From assembly GCA_963796685.1 (NCBI GenBank), contig CAWCMR010000013.1:320001-384000 (forward strand): a DNA stretch of 64,000 bases, read 5' to 3'. The position numbers were made by a program, and so were the translations under genes. Source of the DNA: an uncultured delta proteobacterium (GTDB lineage: Bacteria; Myxococcota_A; Polyangia; Fen-1088). Position 1 is the first letter of the stretch; every line of letters starts with the position of its first letter. Positions 9,119 to 21,778 of the stretch are shown here, piece by piece. The notes beneath the pieces were generated by a model, which worked only from the letters and a program-made list of their open reading frames with translations, had not been told where the DNA came from and did no database searches.

Positions 9119-10051
9119 CTAGCGGGGCGTTCGATAGGTGAAGGAGGGAGGAAGATAGAACCCGATTGAGAAGAACATCATGATGTTCTGCACGAACTGG
9201 CTCTGCGAATTCTGCGATTCCTGTTTGACCGTGGCGATATCCTCCCCGGGTTGACGGTTCTTGTACTCGAACACGTCCTTGTACATGTAGTCGCGGAACG
9301 TGAGGCTTAGGGTCAACCAGTCGAGGACGAAGAGTCTGACACCCAGGCCAACGTGTCCGACGATATCGTCGTTGGTGAAGGACTTGTCGCCGAAGGCGCG
9401 TGGGATGATCTCGGTTCTGATCATGCCGATGCCGAGGGCGAAGGTCAGATCCCAGTGCACGATCCACTTGTTGAAGAGGCCGAACTTGCCGTAGCCGGGG
9501 ACGTACCCGAAAGCGAGCGCGTAGTGGTACTTCAGCTTGTTGAGCGTGGGGACCAGGTAGTATTGCAAGCCTACCAGCGACTCACGCTCGGACAGCTCCT
9601 TGATGAAGTACTGCCCCTCGAGTCCCACAGAGAGGACGTCGGTGATGTAGTAGTTGAGATCGGCGCCGAAGGAGTAGTGGCGGATGAGCGGGTCGTTGAG
9701 GGTGATCCCCGAGAATGGAGCGAGCTCCAAACGGTGCTTCTTGAGGAAGGCTTTGCGTGGCACCACGACGATGTCCTCCCAGGACTTTCGTGGAGCCCCG
9801 GCCGCCTCGGTCGGCTTCTTGGCCTCCGGCGATTCCGCCCCGGTGACATCGCTGAAGTCCAGATCGAGTCCGGCTGTCGGATTCGTCTCTGCTGGTGCCG
9901 TGGTGTCCGCTGGAGCCGTGGTGTCCGCCGGAGCTGTTTTGTCGCCGCCAGCCTTATCAGGCGCCGCTGCCTCTGGATCTTGGGCCAGAGACACTTTTGC
10001 GACGCCTAGGTTGGCAAGAATTACGAAGAGGCCAAGGGCAAGTCGTTTCAT
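9119..10051 (-). CDS. Outer-membrane beta-barrel protein (TIGR04565-type, GltB-like)
   Basis: Signal peptide and PADTTA linker repeats; VVPRKAFLKKHRLEL, TLNDP, YGKFGLFNKWIVHWD, FYLPPSFTY. SD AAGGA before ATG 10051. Confidence 0.78.
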   Translation of the reverse strand: MKRLALGLFVILANLGVAKVSLAQDPEAAAPDKAGGDKTAPADTTAPADTTAPAETNPTAGLDLDFSDVTGAESPEAKKPTEAAGAPRKSWEDIVVVPRKAFLKKHRLELAPFSGITLNDPLIRHYSFGADLNYYITDVLSVGLEGQYFIKELSERESLVGLQYYLVPTLNKLKYHYALAFGYVPGYGKFGLFNKWIVHWDLTFALGIGMIRTEIIPRAFGDKSFTNDDIVGHVGLGVRLFVLDWLTLSLTFRDYMYKDVFEYKNRQPGEDIATVKQESQNSQSQFVQNIMMFFSIGFYLPPSFTYRTPR

Positions 10052-10224
10052 GCGTTTCCTTGCTTGGGGGCCGCCTTCACCCCATGACAAAAATCGCTTT
10101 GATTTCAGAGGCTTGGCTATGAAGGCAGAGCTGCGGGCAATGTAACACAGGGAATTTCTGCAAATCAACAAAATTTCAGTCGCTGTCGAATGTTTCGCTC
10201 GTCGAGAAGCTAGGGAGCCCCCTT

Positions 10225-11628
10225 CTACCCTTCTTCGACGTGATCGAACAGAGCTTCTACGAATTCTTCGGCATCGAACGCGCGCAAGTCCTCCACGCGC
10301 TCGCCGATCCCGATGTATCGAACCGGGATCCCGAGCTGGTCGGCGATGCCCAGGATCACGCCGCCTTTGGCAGTTCCGTCCAGCTTGGTCAGCACGATCC
10401 CGGTGACAGCCATGGCCTGGGTGAAGATCTGCGCCTGGGCGATGGCGTTTTGTCCGCTGGTCGCATCGATGACCAGCCAGGTCTCGTGGGGGGCGCCCTC
10501 GAGCGCTTTGCCAGCGACCCGACGGACCTTCTGCAATTCCTCCATGAGGTTGGCCTTGGTGTGTAGTCGGCCGGCCGTATCGGCGATGACCACATCCACA
10601 CCTTCACTGGTGGCGCGCTTGATGCCCTCGAAGATCACGGACGATGGGTCGCTCGCTTCCTTGCCGCGAACCACGGGGGCGCCGACCCGAGCTCCCCAGA
10701 CCTCGAGCTGCTCGGCGGCTGCGGCGCGGAAGGTGTCGCCCGCTGCGAGCATGACGGACTTTCCGTCGGCTTTCAGCTTGGAGGCCAGTTTTCCGATGGT
10801 CGTGGTCTTCCCGCTCCCATTCACGCCGATAGCGAGCAGCACAAAGGGCTTTGCTCGCGTGAAGTCGATGCTCGGGGCCTCGACGCGGAGGAATTCGGTG
10901 CTGCGCTTGCGCAGGTAATCCCAGACTGCATGAGGGTCCGCCAGCTCGCGCTTGTCGAGCGAAACCCGGATCTCCTCGAGCAGCTTCTGGCTGGTGCGGA
11001 CGCCGATGTCCGCGGTGAGCAGCACCTTCTCGATCTCCTCGACCAGGGAGGGGTCGATTTCGCGCTTGCCCACGAAGAGCCGTCCCAGCCTTGAAACCCA
11101 ACCCGCCCGGGTGCGGGCGAGGCCAGGCGAAAGTGCAGCGGCGTCGCGGGCCTTGGGGCGGGCCGCGGGCTGCGAGGCGCGTGGCTTTTCGGTTGGAAGC
11201 GGGTACTTGAGAAGAGCGGCCGGTGATCGTTGTTCCGACGGCTCGACGCGAGTTGGGGGAGGCGATTCGGGAGGGACGGAGGTCGGCTGCGGGGCTTCTT
11301 TGACGGTTTCGACCGGGGTTGGCTTGGCGGCCGCCGCCTCTGCTTGCTCGACGCGGGCCGAGAGAGGCGAAGAGGGGGCTTTTCCCTCCTCTGTGACCGC
11401 TGGCGCGGGCGAGGGCGAGGGGGCTTCCGGCTCGACGTCCTCGGCTCGAAGAGCGGCTCTCTTGGGCTTGGCGCTGACCTGTGGTCGATCCTCACCGGCC
11501 TCGTCGATCTGCCGTTGCCGGCTCTTGCGCGCTCGCCGAATCGCGTAGATGAGCAGCAGGATCGCCGCGACAAAACCGCCTGCAATGATAGCTGCCGTGA
11601 GTAGGTCCGGGCTCGATCCCCCTTCCAT
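10225..11628 (-). CDS. ftsY: Signal recognition particle receptor FtsY
   Basis: [40 protein letters not shown]; N-terminal TM helix and Pro/Ala linker. Confidence 0.97.
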   Translation of the reverse strand: MEGGSSPDLLTAAIIAGGFVAAILLLIYAIRRARKSRQRQIDEAGEDRPQVSAKPKRAALRAEDVEPEAPSPSPAPAVTEEGKAPSSPLSARVEQAEAAAAKPTPVETVKEAPQPTSVPPESPPPTRVEPSEQRSPAALLKYPLPTEKPRASQPAARPKARDAAALSPGLARTRAGWVSRLGRLFVGKREIDPSLVEEIEKVLLTADIGVRTSQKLLEEIRVSLDKRELADPHAVWDYLRKRSTEFLRVEAPSIDFTRAKPFVLLAIGVNGSGKTTTIGKLASKLKADGKSVMLAAGDTFRAAAAEQLEVWGARVGAPVVRGKEASDPSSVIFEGIKRATSEGVDVVIADTAGRLHTKANLMEELQKVRRVAGKALEGAPHETWLVIDATSGQNAIAQAQIFTQAMAVTGIVLTKLDGTAKGGVILGIADQLGIPVRYIGIGERVEDLRAFDAEEFVEALFDHVEEG

Positions 11629-11813
11629 GGGTCGGGGACCTTAACAGGGTCGCGGCGAAACTTGCGATCTTTTTGATATTTCCGGGAATGGTGGCAGAGA
11701 ATCAGTCCATGAGGTGACAAAGGCTTTACAAGTCTGGGTGCCCAATGGTACCAATCTGGGGTCACGAAGTGGCTAGTATGGTCACGTAATGTCACGCCAC
11801 CAGGTGGTGCTCG

Positions 11814-14800
11814 ATGCGGATAAAGCGGCTCGAAATCTGTGGGTTCAAGTCATTCGTCGATCGGACGGTCCTTACGTTCGACGATCCTATCACAGGCGTG
11901 GTGGGGCCGAATGGGTGCGGCAAGTCGAACATCGTCGATGCGATTCGATGGGTCATGGGCGAGCAGTCCGCCAAGCACCTGCGCGGGCGAGCCATGGAAG
12001 ATGTCATCTTCAGTGGCTCCGAGTCGCGCGGCCCGGCGGGACTCGCCGAAGTGTCTATTACCTTTGATACGGCAGCGCTCCCGGGCGATGTCGCCCCCGG
12101 TGGCGTGCCTTGGGGAGCGGCGGGACCCGCGGACGTGGTGGTCACCCGTCGCCTCTACCGCGGCGGCGAGAGTGAGTACCTCCTCGGCGGCGTCCCCTGT
12201 CGCCTACGCGATATCGTCGAGTTCTTTCTGGGGACCGGGGTCGGCTCCAAGGCCTACGCCATCATCGAGCAGGGACGCATCGGATTCATCGTCTCGTCAC
12301 GCCCCGAGGATCGGCGCACGCTTATTGATGAAGCCGCGGGCATCACCAAGTACAAGGCCAAGAAGAAGGTGGCCGAACGCCGCATGGAGGCCACCCGCCA
12401 GCACCTGCTGCGCGTGACGGACATCATCGGCGAGATCGAAACCAGACTGCGCTCTCTGAAGTTGCAAGCGCAGAAGGCCGAGCGCTACAAGCGCTACAAG
12501 GCCGAGCTCAAGGATCTCGAGCTCGGCCTGGCCACGCAAAAGCACCTCGGCCTCCTGGCCGAGCAGAAGTACCTCGTCGCGGCCCATGCGGCCTTGCAAA
12601 CGCAGCACGCCGATGAAACCGGATCCTTGGTCGCCGAGGAGGCCAGCGTCGAAGCCGAACGTTTGGCGTTGGCGGAAGATCTCGCCGAGCTCTCCAAGGC
12701 CAAGGAAGAGCTCTTCGCGCTCGACAACAAGGCGCAATTGTCCGCCCAGCGCGCGGAGCACTACCAGGACGAGTCGGCGATGCTGGTCGTGCGCGCCGAG
12801 CACGCTCGCAAGGAAAGCGATGCGCTCGCCCAGCGCGCGGAACAGAACACGGAGACGCTCGCCAGCACCGAAGGCCAGGTGGCCATGCTGGACGCGGAGG
12901 CGGAGGCCCGCATTCACGCCTTGGAGGCGATGGAGCAAACCTGCGCGGAGGCCAAGAGCGAATTGGCCACGGCGCGAAGGCAGCTCGATCAGGCCGTGGC
13001 GGGCGCGGGTGCCGCGCGAACACGCATCGCTCGCTTGGAATCCGATGTCGAGTCGGCGCGCGTGCGTGCCGAGGATTTGGCCCGCCGGCTGGAAGAGCTC
13101 TTGCGCGACGAGGCCGCGTCCAGCGAGGCCCTCGTGCGCATGACCGGCGAGGCGGCCGAGGCGGGCGAGCGGGCGGGCGAGCTGCAGGCGCGCGCCGAGG
13201 TGCTTGTCGACAAGAAAGCGCAGTACGAGAACCAGGCCTCCACCTTGCGCGGCGAGGTTGCCCGGGGGGAGATTCGAGCTCGAAACCTTGCGCGAGGAAG
13301 CGCACCGGCGGCGCTCGCGGTTGCAGTCCCTGGCCGAGATCCAGGAGCGCTACGAGAGCTTCCAGCGGGGCGTTCGCGCCATCATGCAGAAGGTCCGCGA
13401 GTTCAGTGCCTTGCCCGCGAGCGAGCAGGACGGCGATGGGGTGGGCGGGAGCAGGACGTGGACGACGCAAGGGGTGCGCGGTCTGGTGGCCGATATCGTG
13501 CAGCCGCCGCCGGAGCTGGAAACCGCGCTCGAAGCCGTGCTGGGCGAGCGGCTTGGCAACATCATCGTCGAATCCCACGAGGTCGGCGTCGAGGCCATCG
13601 ACTTTCTCAAGGCGCAAAGCGAGGGGCGATCCAGCTTCATCCCCCTGTCGCTGCGTGCGTCGGGGCCGACAGGCGCGGTCGTGTACGATGCCACGGGCGG
13701 CGAGGCGATCGAGGCCACCACCATGGTCCCGGTGCCCGTCGAGTGGCCGAGCGGCGCGGGCGTGCGCGGGCCGATGCTCGAGCTCATCGGGTTCGACCGG
13801 CACTACGATCGGATTGCCAGCTATCTGCTCGGCGATGTCATCGTGGTCGAGGATCTGCGCAAGGCCCTGGAGCTTTGGCGGCAGACCAAGACGCAGAAGA
13901 CGCTGGTGACCCTGGATGGCGAAGTCATCGACCCCCACGGCGTCGTGACCGGCGGCTCGCGCGAGTCGGCGGTGGCCGGCGTGCTCTCGCAGAAGCGCGA
14001 GATGCGCGAGCTCGAAGAGATCGTGGCCCGTCTCGATCAGGACTACAAGGCGACCCTCGATCGCCATGTCGGCAACAAACAGGCACTGGCCGAGACCGTC
14101 ACCGCGCTCGACGAAACCGTCGCTGCCATGCGCCGCGACGAGCTCGAGCTGGCTGCCCACAAGAAAGACGCCGATCGTCTGGCGCGCGAGCAGATCCAAG
14201 TGGAAGCCCGCCGGGTTCAGCTGGCGAACACCATCGAGAGCCTGCGAACCTCGACAAGCCAGAACCAGGCTCGCATCGAGGACGCCACCTCGCAACTCGC
14301 GACGGAACAAGAAGCGGCCCAGGAGCACGAGAGCCGAGGCGAAGGGCTGCGCGCGCAGGTCGACGCCCTTGCCGAGAAGGTCGACGGTTTGCTGGCCGAG
14401 CTTTCCACCGTGAATGTGGCCGCCGCGCAGGCCGGCGATCGCAAGCGCATGGCGCGCGAAAGCGTGGAACGGCTGCGCCGGGAGATCGCCGATTCGCAGA
14501 CCAAGTGCGCACAGCTCGACGAGGACGCGTCGAGGGATCTGGCCCGCGCCGAATCGTTGCGCACCCAGGCGGAGGAGCTTCGCCAAGAGGCCTCGTTGCT
14601 CCAGTCCGAGCTTGCCGAGCGTTCGCGCGCCTACGGTGAACGCCAGGGCGCGAGCGAGGAACGCAGCGGCGCGCTCGCTCGGCGCGATGCCGATCTCAAG
14701 GCCGTTCGCTCGCACGTGGCCCGACTGGCTCAAGAGCTTCGGCTCCCTCGACTTGCGCTGCCAACAGGTTGCGATGCGCATCGACGGGCTGGACGAGCAG

Positions 14801-15607
14801 ATCCGCGACCGCTACCCCGAGATCGCCAAGGTGGCCGATGTCGTGACCGACTTCCACTTGCGCCCGCTTTCCGGCGAGATCGAAGAGGGCCGCGTACGCG
14901 AGCTGCGCGGCTTGGTCGAGCGCATGGGGGACATCAATCTGACCGCCATCGAGGAGTCCGCCGAGCTGCAGCAGCGCTACGACTTCTTGACCACGCAGAA
15001 GGCGGATCTCGAATCCGCCATGAGCAGACTCGAGACCGCCATCGACAAGATCAACCGCGCATCGCGCAAACGCTTCCGCGACGTCTTCGACACCGTCAAT
15101 GCCAAGTTCCAGGAGGTTTTTCCGCACCTCTTCGGCGGTGGCAAGGCCCACCTGGCGTTGACCGACGAGAGCGATCTCCTCGAGACGGGCGTGGAGATAG
15201 TGGCCAACCCGCCGGGCAAGAAGATGCTTCAGAACATCGAGCTGCTCTCGGGCGGCGAAAAGGCGCTGACCGCGGTCTCCCTGCTCTTCGCGATCTTCCT
15301 GGTCAAACCCTCGCCGTTCTGCGTGCTCGACGAAGTGGATGCTCCGCTCGATGAGGCCAACGTGGGCCGCTTCAACCACGCCGTTCGCGAGATGACGGAC
15401 CAATCGCAATTCATCATCGTGACGCACAACCAACGCACCATGGAGATCGCGGATCGCCTGTGCGGCATCACCATGGAAGAGTCCGGCGTGTCCAAGCTGG
15501 TGGCCGTCAACCTGCGCGACAGAAGGCGGGCGCCAGCCCCTGCCGAACCTCCGCAATCCATGCTGCCGCCCGACGGCGCCTCTCTTGGACAACCCGCGTC
15601 GGCGTGA
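11814..15607 (+). CDS. smc: Chromosome segregation protein SMC (two +1 frameshifts, ~13273 and ~14739, probably assembly errors; ~1263 aa if repaired)
   Basis: GFKSF...GPNGCGKSN in frame 1; hinge (GLVADIV, GRSSFIPL, VTLDGE) in frame 2; LSGGEKAL and LDEVDAPLD in frame 3. Confidence 0.95.
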
Positions 15608-15668
15608 TGGCAGGTCCGAGTCGCAGAGCCTTTTTCGATCGCCGAGCCCTCCAATCCATCACGCGGGG

Positions 15669-15697
15669 TTGACGGCCCCTGACTCTCTCAATACACT
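15669..15697 (+). promoter_or_regulatory. sigma70 promoter TTGACG-17-TACACT
   Basis: Read directly, upstream of the ferredoxin gene. Confidence 0.6.
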
Positions 15698-15756
15698 CAC
15701 CAGGTTTTTGACGGGCTCCGCGTTCGCGGTCAAACCGTCGCTTTGAAAGGAGCAAC

Positions 15757-16062
15757 ATGGCTACCCACATTACCGACGAATGCATCAACTGCGGCGCTTG
15801 CGAGCCCGAGTGCCCCAACGACGCCATCAGCGAAGGCGACAGCCTCTACGTCATCGACGCCGCTCGATGCAGCGAGTGCGTCGGCTTCTTCGATCACGAG
15901 GCTTGCCAGTCCGTTTGTCCGGTCGAGTGCTGCGTGCCTGACCCGAACAACAAGGAAACCGAAGAGGCCTTGCTTGCCCGCGCCAAGCAACTTCACCCGG
16001 ACAAGAGTCTGCCCGACTTGGCGGCCCTGCCGGCGAATCTATCTCGCTTTCGCAAGGCCTAA
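15757..16062 (+). CDS. YfhL-family 2[4Fe-4S] ferredoxin
   Basis: [12 protein letters not shown] and CSECVGF...[10 protein letters not shown]; AAGGAG SD. Confidence 0.93.
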   Translation: MATHITDECINCGACEPECPNDAISEGDSLYVIDAARCSECVGFFDHEACQSVCPVECCVPDPNNKETEEALLARAKQLHPDKSLPDLAALPANLSRFRKA

Positions 16063-16101
16063 CAGCCACCGTTCCATGGGGCTTTGAAACCGGTTATCGG
16101 T

Positions 16102-17001
16102 TCAGAGCCCTTGTTCGTTGCTCGGCAAGCGATCCGGATACGTTTCCACACGGTGGAGCCGCGCCAGCTTGCTCGTGTATTCCAGGAACTGCTGACGCGG
16201 CCAGTGCTCGAAGAATCCGGCTTCCAACTTGCCGCGGGCTTGCTCGAAGCTGATGTCTTCCGGCGGGCGCTCGCCTATGTAGCGCGCGATGAAGCCTCCG
16301 TCGGCGTCCACCACGAGCGGTGTCGTGTCTCCGGGAGCGTGCAACTTGGCGACCTCGGTGCCAACCGCCTTCGACAGTGGCGTGTCGGTACTCTGAAACA
16401 TGTGCCTGAAGGTGACGTGTCGGCTGGACCACTTCGGATCGCGCGCCAAGGCAGAAAATTCATTCAGTGTCTTGGCGGGATGGTCCTTCAGGAACTGGGC
16501 CAGCTCCTTGGCTGTTTGCTCGCGCGGCTCCCTTAATTGCTCGGGCATCGTGGCGCCGGTGTAGACCGCCAGGACCCCGATCTCGACCAGCCTGGGATGA
16601 ACGAAGGTGTCCCGGACGCGATTGTAAAGTGGCAGTAGGTCGCTGTCGGGGATGGCCTCGGGACGGAGGTTGGGTTCCAGGCTCTTCTCCAGCAAACGCT
16701 GAACCAGGGCACTTCGCACGTCCGGATCCGAGAAACCGGCAAGGCGGTATTCGCGCTTGCGTGCGGCTTCGGCGAGAAGATTGGAGTCGATCAGAGCTTC
16801 CAGGGCCGAGCGGACGGGAATGCCCATCTCGAGGGCCCGGGCCTCGACCTGCTTGGCGAAGATTGGAACCTCTCCGACCCGGGCCACCACCGCGCCCAGA
16901 TCGGGCGACGGCGCAGGGGTCCATTCGCTTTCGGCAATTTGCCTCGGCGAGGAGCAATTCGCGAACGCGAGCGCGACGAGAAATGGGGTGCGGCGGCGCA
17001 C
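16102..17001 (-). CDS. Peptidyl-prolyl isomerase (parvulin/SurA-like) lipoprotein
   Basis: Lipobox-like AFANC; VVARVGEVPI, LEALIDSNLLAEAA, SFEQARGKL pattern; PPIase core degenerate. Confidence 0.65.
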   Translation of the reverse strand: MRRRTPFLVALAFANCSSPRQIAESEWTPAPSPDLGAVVARVGEVPIFAKQVEARALEMGIPVRSALEALIDSNLLAEAARKREYRLAGFSDPDVRSALVQRLLEKSLEPNLRPEAIPDSDLLPLYNRVRDTFVHPRLVEIGVLAVYTGATMPEQLREPREQTAKELAQFLKDHPAKTLNEFSALARDPKWSSRHVTFRHMFQSTDTPLSKAVGTEVAKLHAPGDTTPLVVDADGGFIARYIGERPPEDISFEQARGKLEAGFFEHWPRQQFLEYTSKLARLHRVETYPDRLPSNEQGL

Positions 17002-17084
17002 GCACCGATGGTACCAGAATCAACGATTCGGCGGGCTGCCAAGCATGGATATCTCGCTGGTTCGCTGCTAGTGTCCGGCCCCCG

Positions 17085-17771
17085 ATGAGCTCAAGAATGG
17101 CACCCTATTTCGTGGTCGCGATCGACGGTCCAGCAGGGGCTGGCAAGTCGACGGTGGCCCGAGCCTTGGCGAACCGCCTTGGCTACACCTTCCTCGACAC
17201 GGGTGCGTTGTACCGAACCGTCGCGCTCGTGGCCAAACGCAGACAGATCTCGTGGGCTGACGGTCCGCAATTGGGTGCGCTGGCCAAGAACCTGGGAATC
17301 GTCTTCACGCAGGGTGTGGAGCGACCTCGCATCATGGCCGACTCGGAGGATGTCACCGACGAGATTCGCAGGCCCGAGATCTCCGAAGGCGCATCGCAGG
17401 TGTCCGCGCTACCCGAGGTGCGTGCGGGGCTGCTCGACATGCAGCGGCGGGTTGCGAGTCGGGCCAATGTCGTGGCCGAGGGGCGGGATGTTGGCACCGT
17501 GGTGTTCCCGGCGGCACAGGCCAAGTTCTTTCTCGTCGCCAATCCCGAAATCCGGGCGCGGCGGCGGACCATGGAATTGCAGGCTGCTGGCCGGGCGGCT
17601 GTTTTCGCCGATGTCCTGGCGGAGATGCAAACCCGGGACGCGCGCGACAGCGGCCGAGCCGTGGCTCCGCTGCGCCGTGCCGACGATGCGGTGGAAATCG
17701 ATTCATCTCTGGCCACCCCCGATGAGGTTCTCGAACGCATGATTGCCATTATTCGTGCACGGGGCGGCTAA
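17085..17771 (+). CDS. cmk: Cytidylate kinase
   Basis: VAIDGPAGAGKST, LDTGALYR, EGRDVGTVVFP, RDARDSGR; upstream of rpsA. Confidence 0.97.
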   Translation: MSSRMAPYFVVAIDGPAGAGKSTVARALANRLGYTFLDTGALYRTVALVAKRRQISWADGPQLGALAKNLGIVFTQGVERPRIMADSEDVTDEIRRPEISEGASQVSALPEVRAGLLDMQRRVASRANVVAEGRDVGTVVFPAAQAKFFLVANPEIRARRRTMELQAAGRAAVFADVLAEMQTRDARDSGRAVAPLRRADDAVEIDSSLATPDEVLERMIAIIRARGG

Positions 17772-17819
17772 TCCGAGCGCATCGCATTAATTGGGAACCG
17801 CAACGCCCATCGATAACGT

Positions 17820-17990
17820 CTAAGGAAGCCAGGAAAGCAGGAGAGAACAATCCGTGCTGCGGTGGTTCTCTCCGGGCCACCGGATGTGAGCACGGGCTGA
17901 TCTTGAACTTCGCCAAGCCAACGCTCGAAATGGAGCGCGTCACTGTCCATTCCGCCCAATCCTGGCTTCCTGGTTTCCTGGCTTCCTCAG
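17820..17990 (+). mobile_element. Inverted-repeat-flanked, internally deleted GxxExxY-gene remnant (MITE-like)
   Basis: Arms 17820-17842 and 17968-17990 match at 21/23 as inverted repeats. The interior 17870-17941 encodes LRATGCEHGLILNFAKPTLEMERV, like the GxxExxY C-terminus. Confidence 0.65.
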
Positions 17991-18027
17991 AGGCGTCTTC
18001 GCCGTCGTGGTCGACGGCAATTACAAC

Positions 18028-18062
18028 CGGCCACGGCCACGGCCACGACCACGGCCACGACC
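18028..18062 (+). repeat. Hexamer microsatellite (CCACGR) x5
   Basis: cggCCACGG CCACGG CCACGA CCACGG CCACGA cc; complementary GTCGTGGTCG at 18004-18013. Confidence 0.85.
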
Positions 18063-18101
18063 TTCTGCGGCTATCGCGGGACTATGACCTCCCTTCATCC
18101 G

Positions 18102-18130
18102 TTGACATGCGGGATTTGCGGCGGTAGTTT
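18102..18130 (+). promoter_or_regulatory. sigma70 promoter of rpsA, TTGACA-17-TAGTTT
   Basis: Read directly. Confidence 0.7.
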
Positions 18131-18263
18131 TCGCCGCCCTTCGCTAATCCCGATGGTCGGGATGTGCGATGAGAAACAGTTGCCGGGTCGCGCGAGGGGC
18201 GCCGCTGCGATCCGGACCAGCCGACTCACGCGAGTCGCGTTGTTAGCGTTACAAAGGATACTC

Positions 18264-19985
<1,722 letters not shown>

Positions 19986-20003
19986 TTCCGCACCTGCGGG
20001 AAG

Positions 20004-20040
20004 ACGGCCTGGCCGGCGGTGATTCGGCTAGGCCGTTTCC
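20004..20040. terminator. Hairpin between convergent rpsA and lysophospholipase genes
   Basis: ACGGCCTGGCCG ... CGGCTAGGCCGT stem followed by a short T run. Confidence 0.5.
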
Positions 20041-20901
20041 TTGTCCTTATCCGACAAGTCCGCCGCGAGCCACGCCGAGATATCGGCCAGCACGGCGTCG
20101 GCTTCGGGTTCGAGGAACATCTCGTGGAACAGCGCGGGATAGTTGCGAATCTCGACGACGGCGCCAGCCTCGCGGGCAAAGGCGAGGTTGGTCTCGTTGG
20201 CGACGATGCGATCGCCACCCGCAACGAGCAACATGGTTGGCACGTCGAGCTTCTTCGCTTGCAGGCGGATGCGCGCTTGAGCGCGCAGGGTGGACATGAA
20301 CCAACCAGTCTGTCGCCACGTGGTGGACCAGGGGATCTTTTTCGAAACCTGCCAACACCAGGGGATTGCGCGATAGGTTCTCGGCGCTGAGCCCATTCGG
20401 CATGGTGAGTGTCGGCATGAGCCGGGCGGCAACATTGGCCGCGGCTCGCTTGGGGACGGAGACGTTCATCTTCAGCTTCAACCAAGGCGCCGCAAGCACC
20501 AGCCGACCAGGTTTCTCTCTTCTGTTCCCATCCAGAACGAAAGCCAGGGCAATCGCGCCGCCCATGCTGTGTCCAAGCAAGGCCCAGGGCTTTTCAGTCG
20601 CTTGCCGGCGCGCCCAGTCGACGACCATGGCCAGGTCTTCGATGTAGTCGTCAAAATCCTCGATATGGCCTCGACGGCCACCGGAGCGTCCATGGCCACG
20701 GCAGTCGAACTGGGTGACGGCCATGCCGGCGGAGGCAAAGGCGGCGCCCACATGGCGATAGAGTCCGCAGTGCGAGGAGTAACCGTGGACCGTGACCATG
20801 GTCAGCCGCGCCTCACCCCGCGGGCGGTAGTGCTCGAGGTGAATCTCGCACCCATCGCGGTGCAGGGAGGTTTCGATGTCCGGAGGTGGTCCTTGCTCCA
20901 T
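20028..20901 (-). CDS. Lysophospholipase / alpha-beta hydrolase (one frameshift ~20310)
   Basis: VHGYSSH, DCRGHGRSGG, GHSMGG, then FHEMFLE in the second frame. Confidence 0.88.
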
Positions 20902-20960
20902 CGCGCGTGAATAGCATGGACTCCGCGCTGCAGGCGAATCATAGTCCCACGGCGAAAGCA

Positions 20961-21596
20961 ATGCGCATTTCGGAGATCTACGCCAGCATCCACGGTGAGT
21001 CGCAGTACGCAGGCGTGCCATGTACGCTGGTTCGCACCACGGGGTGCGATCTTCGCTGCGTCTACTGCGACACCCCCTACGCTTTCGTTGGCGGCCAGGC
21101 CATGTCCGTCGACGAAATCGTGGCGGAAGTGAAACGCCTGGGCTTGCCCTTCGTGCTCCTGACCGGGGGCGAGCCCATGTTGCAAGCGGAGATTGCCGTT
21201 TTGGCCGAGCGCCTCTTGTCCGAAGGACATCGGGTGGCGATCGAGACCTCGGGTGCTCACTTGCTCGATAGCCTGCCGGCGGACGTGTTTCGCATCGTCG
21301 ATGTCAAGACGCCGTCGTCGGGGGAATCGCAGCGCGTGCAGTGGAAGGTTCTCGAGGGACTGCGACCGTGCGATGCCGTCAAGTTCGTGCTTACGAACGA
21401 GAGCGACTACCGTTGGTCGGCCGACCATGTGGTTCGGCTTGCGCTCGCAGGGCGGACCGAGGTCCTATTCTCGCCTGTTCACGGCGAGCTCGATCCCAAG
21501 GACCTGGTGGCGTGGATCGTTCGCGATCGACTGCCGGTTCGTGTCAATCTCCAGCTGCACAAATATGTTTGGGGACCGACCACGAGGGGGGTGTAA
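20961..21596 (+). CDS. queE: 7-carboxy-7-deazaguanine synthase (radical SAM)
   Basis: ISEIYASIHGE, GCDLRCVYCDT, TGGEP, DVKTPSSG, LQLHKYVW. Confidence 0.92.
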   Translation: MRISEIYASIHGESQYAGVPCTLVRTTGCDLRCVYCDTPYAFVGGQAMSVDEIVAEVKRLGLPFVLLTGGEPMLQAEIAVLAERLLSEGHRVAIETSGAHLLDSLPADVFRIVDVKTPSSGESQRVQWKVLEGLRPCDAVKFVLTNESDYRWSADHVVRLALAGRTEVLFSPVHGELDPKDLVAWIVRDRLPVRVNLQLHKYVWGPTTRGV

Positions 21597-21778
21597 CCGA
21601 GCGCACCGAGGTGCTAGGGTGAACCCTACCTTTGCCGTCGACACCGATCCACCGCCTCACCACAACTCTTGGCGTCATTGCCTCTCTTGGGCGCGCGCAT
21701 GCGGCTTACTTTCGGGTTGACTTGGCTCCGTCGATCCTGTTAGCGTCCGGCCGCGTCTCGTGGGCTAACCTATCGAGA

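Noticed and set aside
9889-9934. 18-nt tandem repeat
   Set aside because: Encodes a PADTTA low-complexity linker within the barrel gene; unremarkable.
13270-14639. Arg/Gly/Ala-rich C-terminal half of the 941-aa ORF as a novel SMC fusion
   Set aside because: Out-of-frame read-through after the frameshift; the real SMC hinge is in the next frame.
13261-14745. Programmed frameshifting in smc and other genes
   Set aside because: No consistent slippery heptamers or stimulators, and mixed +1/-1 events across unrelated genes fit sequencing error better.
17903-18127. 74-aa ORF with a GHGHGHDH His-rich tract as a metal-binding peptide
   Set aside because: A chance translation of the GxxExxY remnant, the repeat arm and the CCACGR microsatellite; no SD and it runs over the rpsA promoter.
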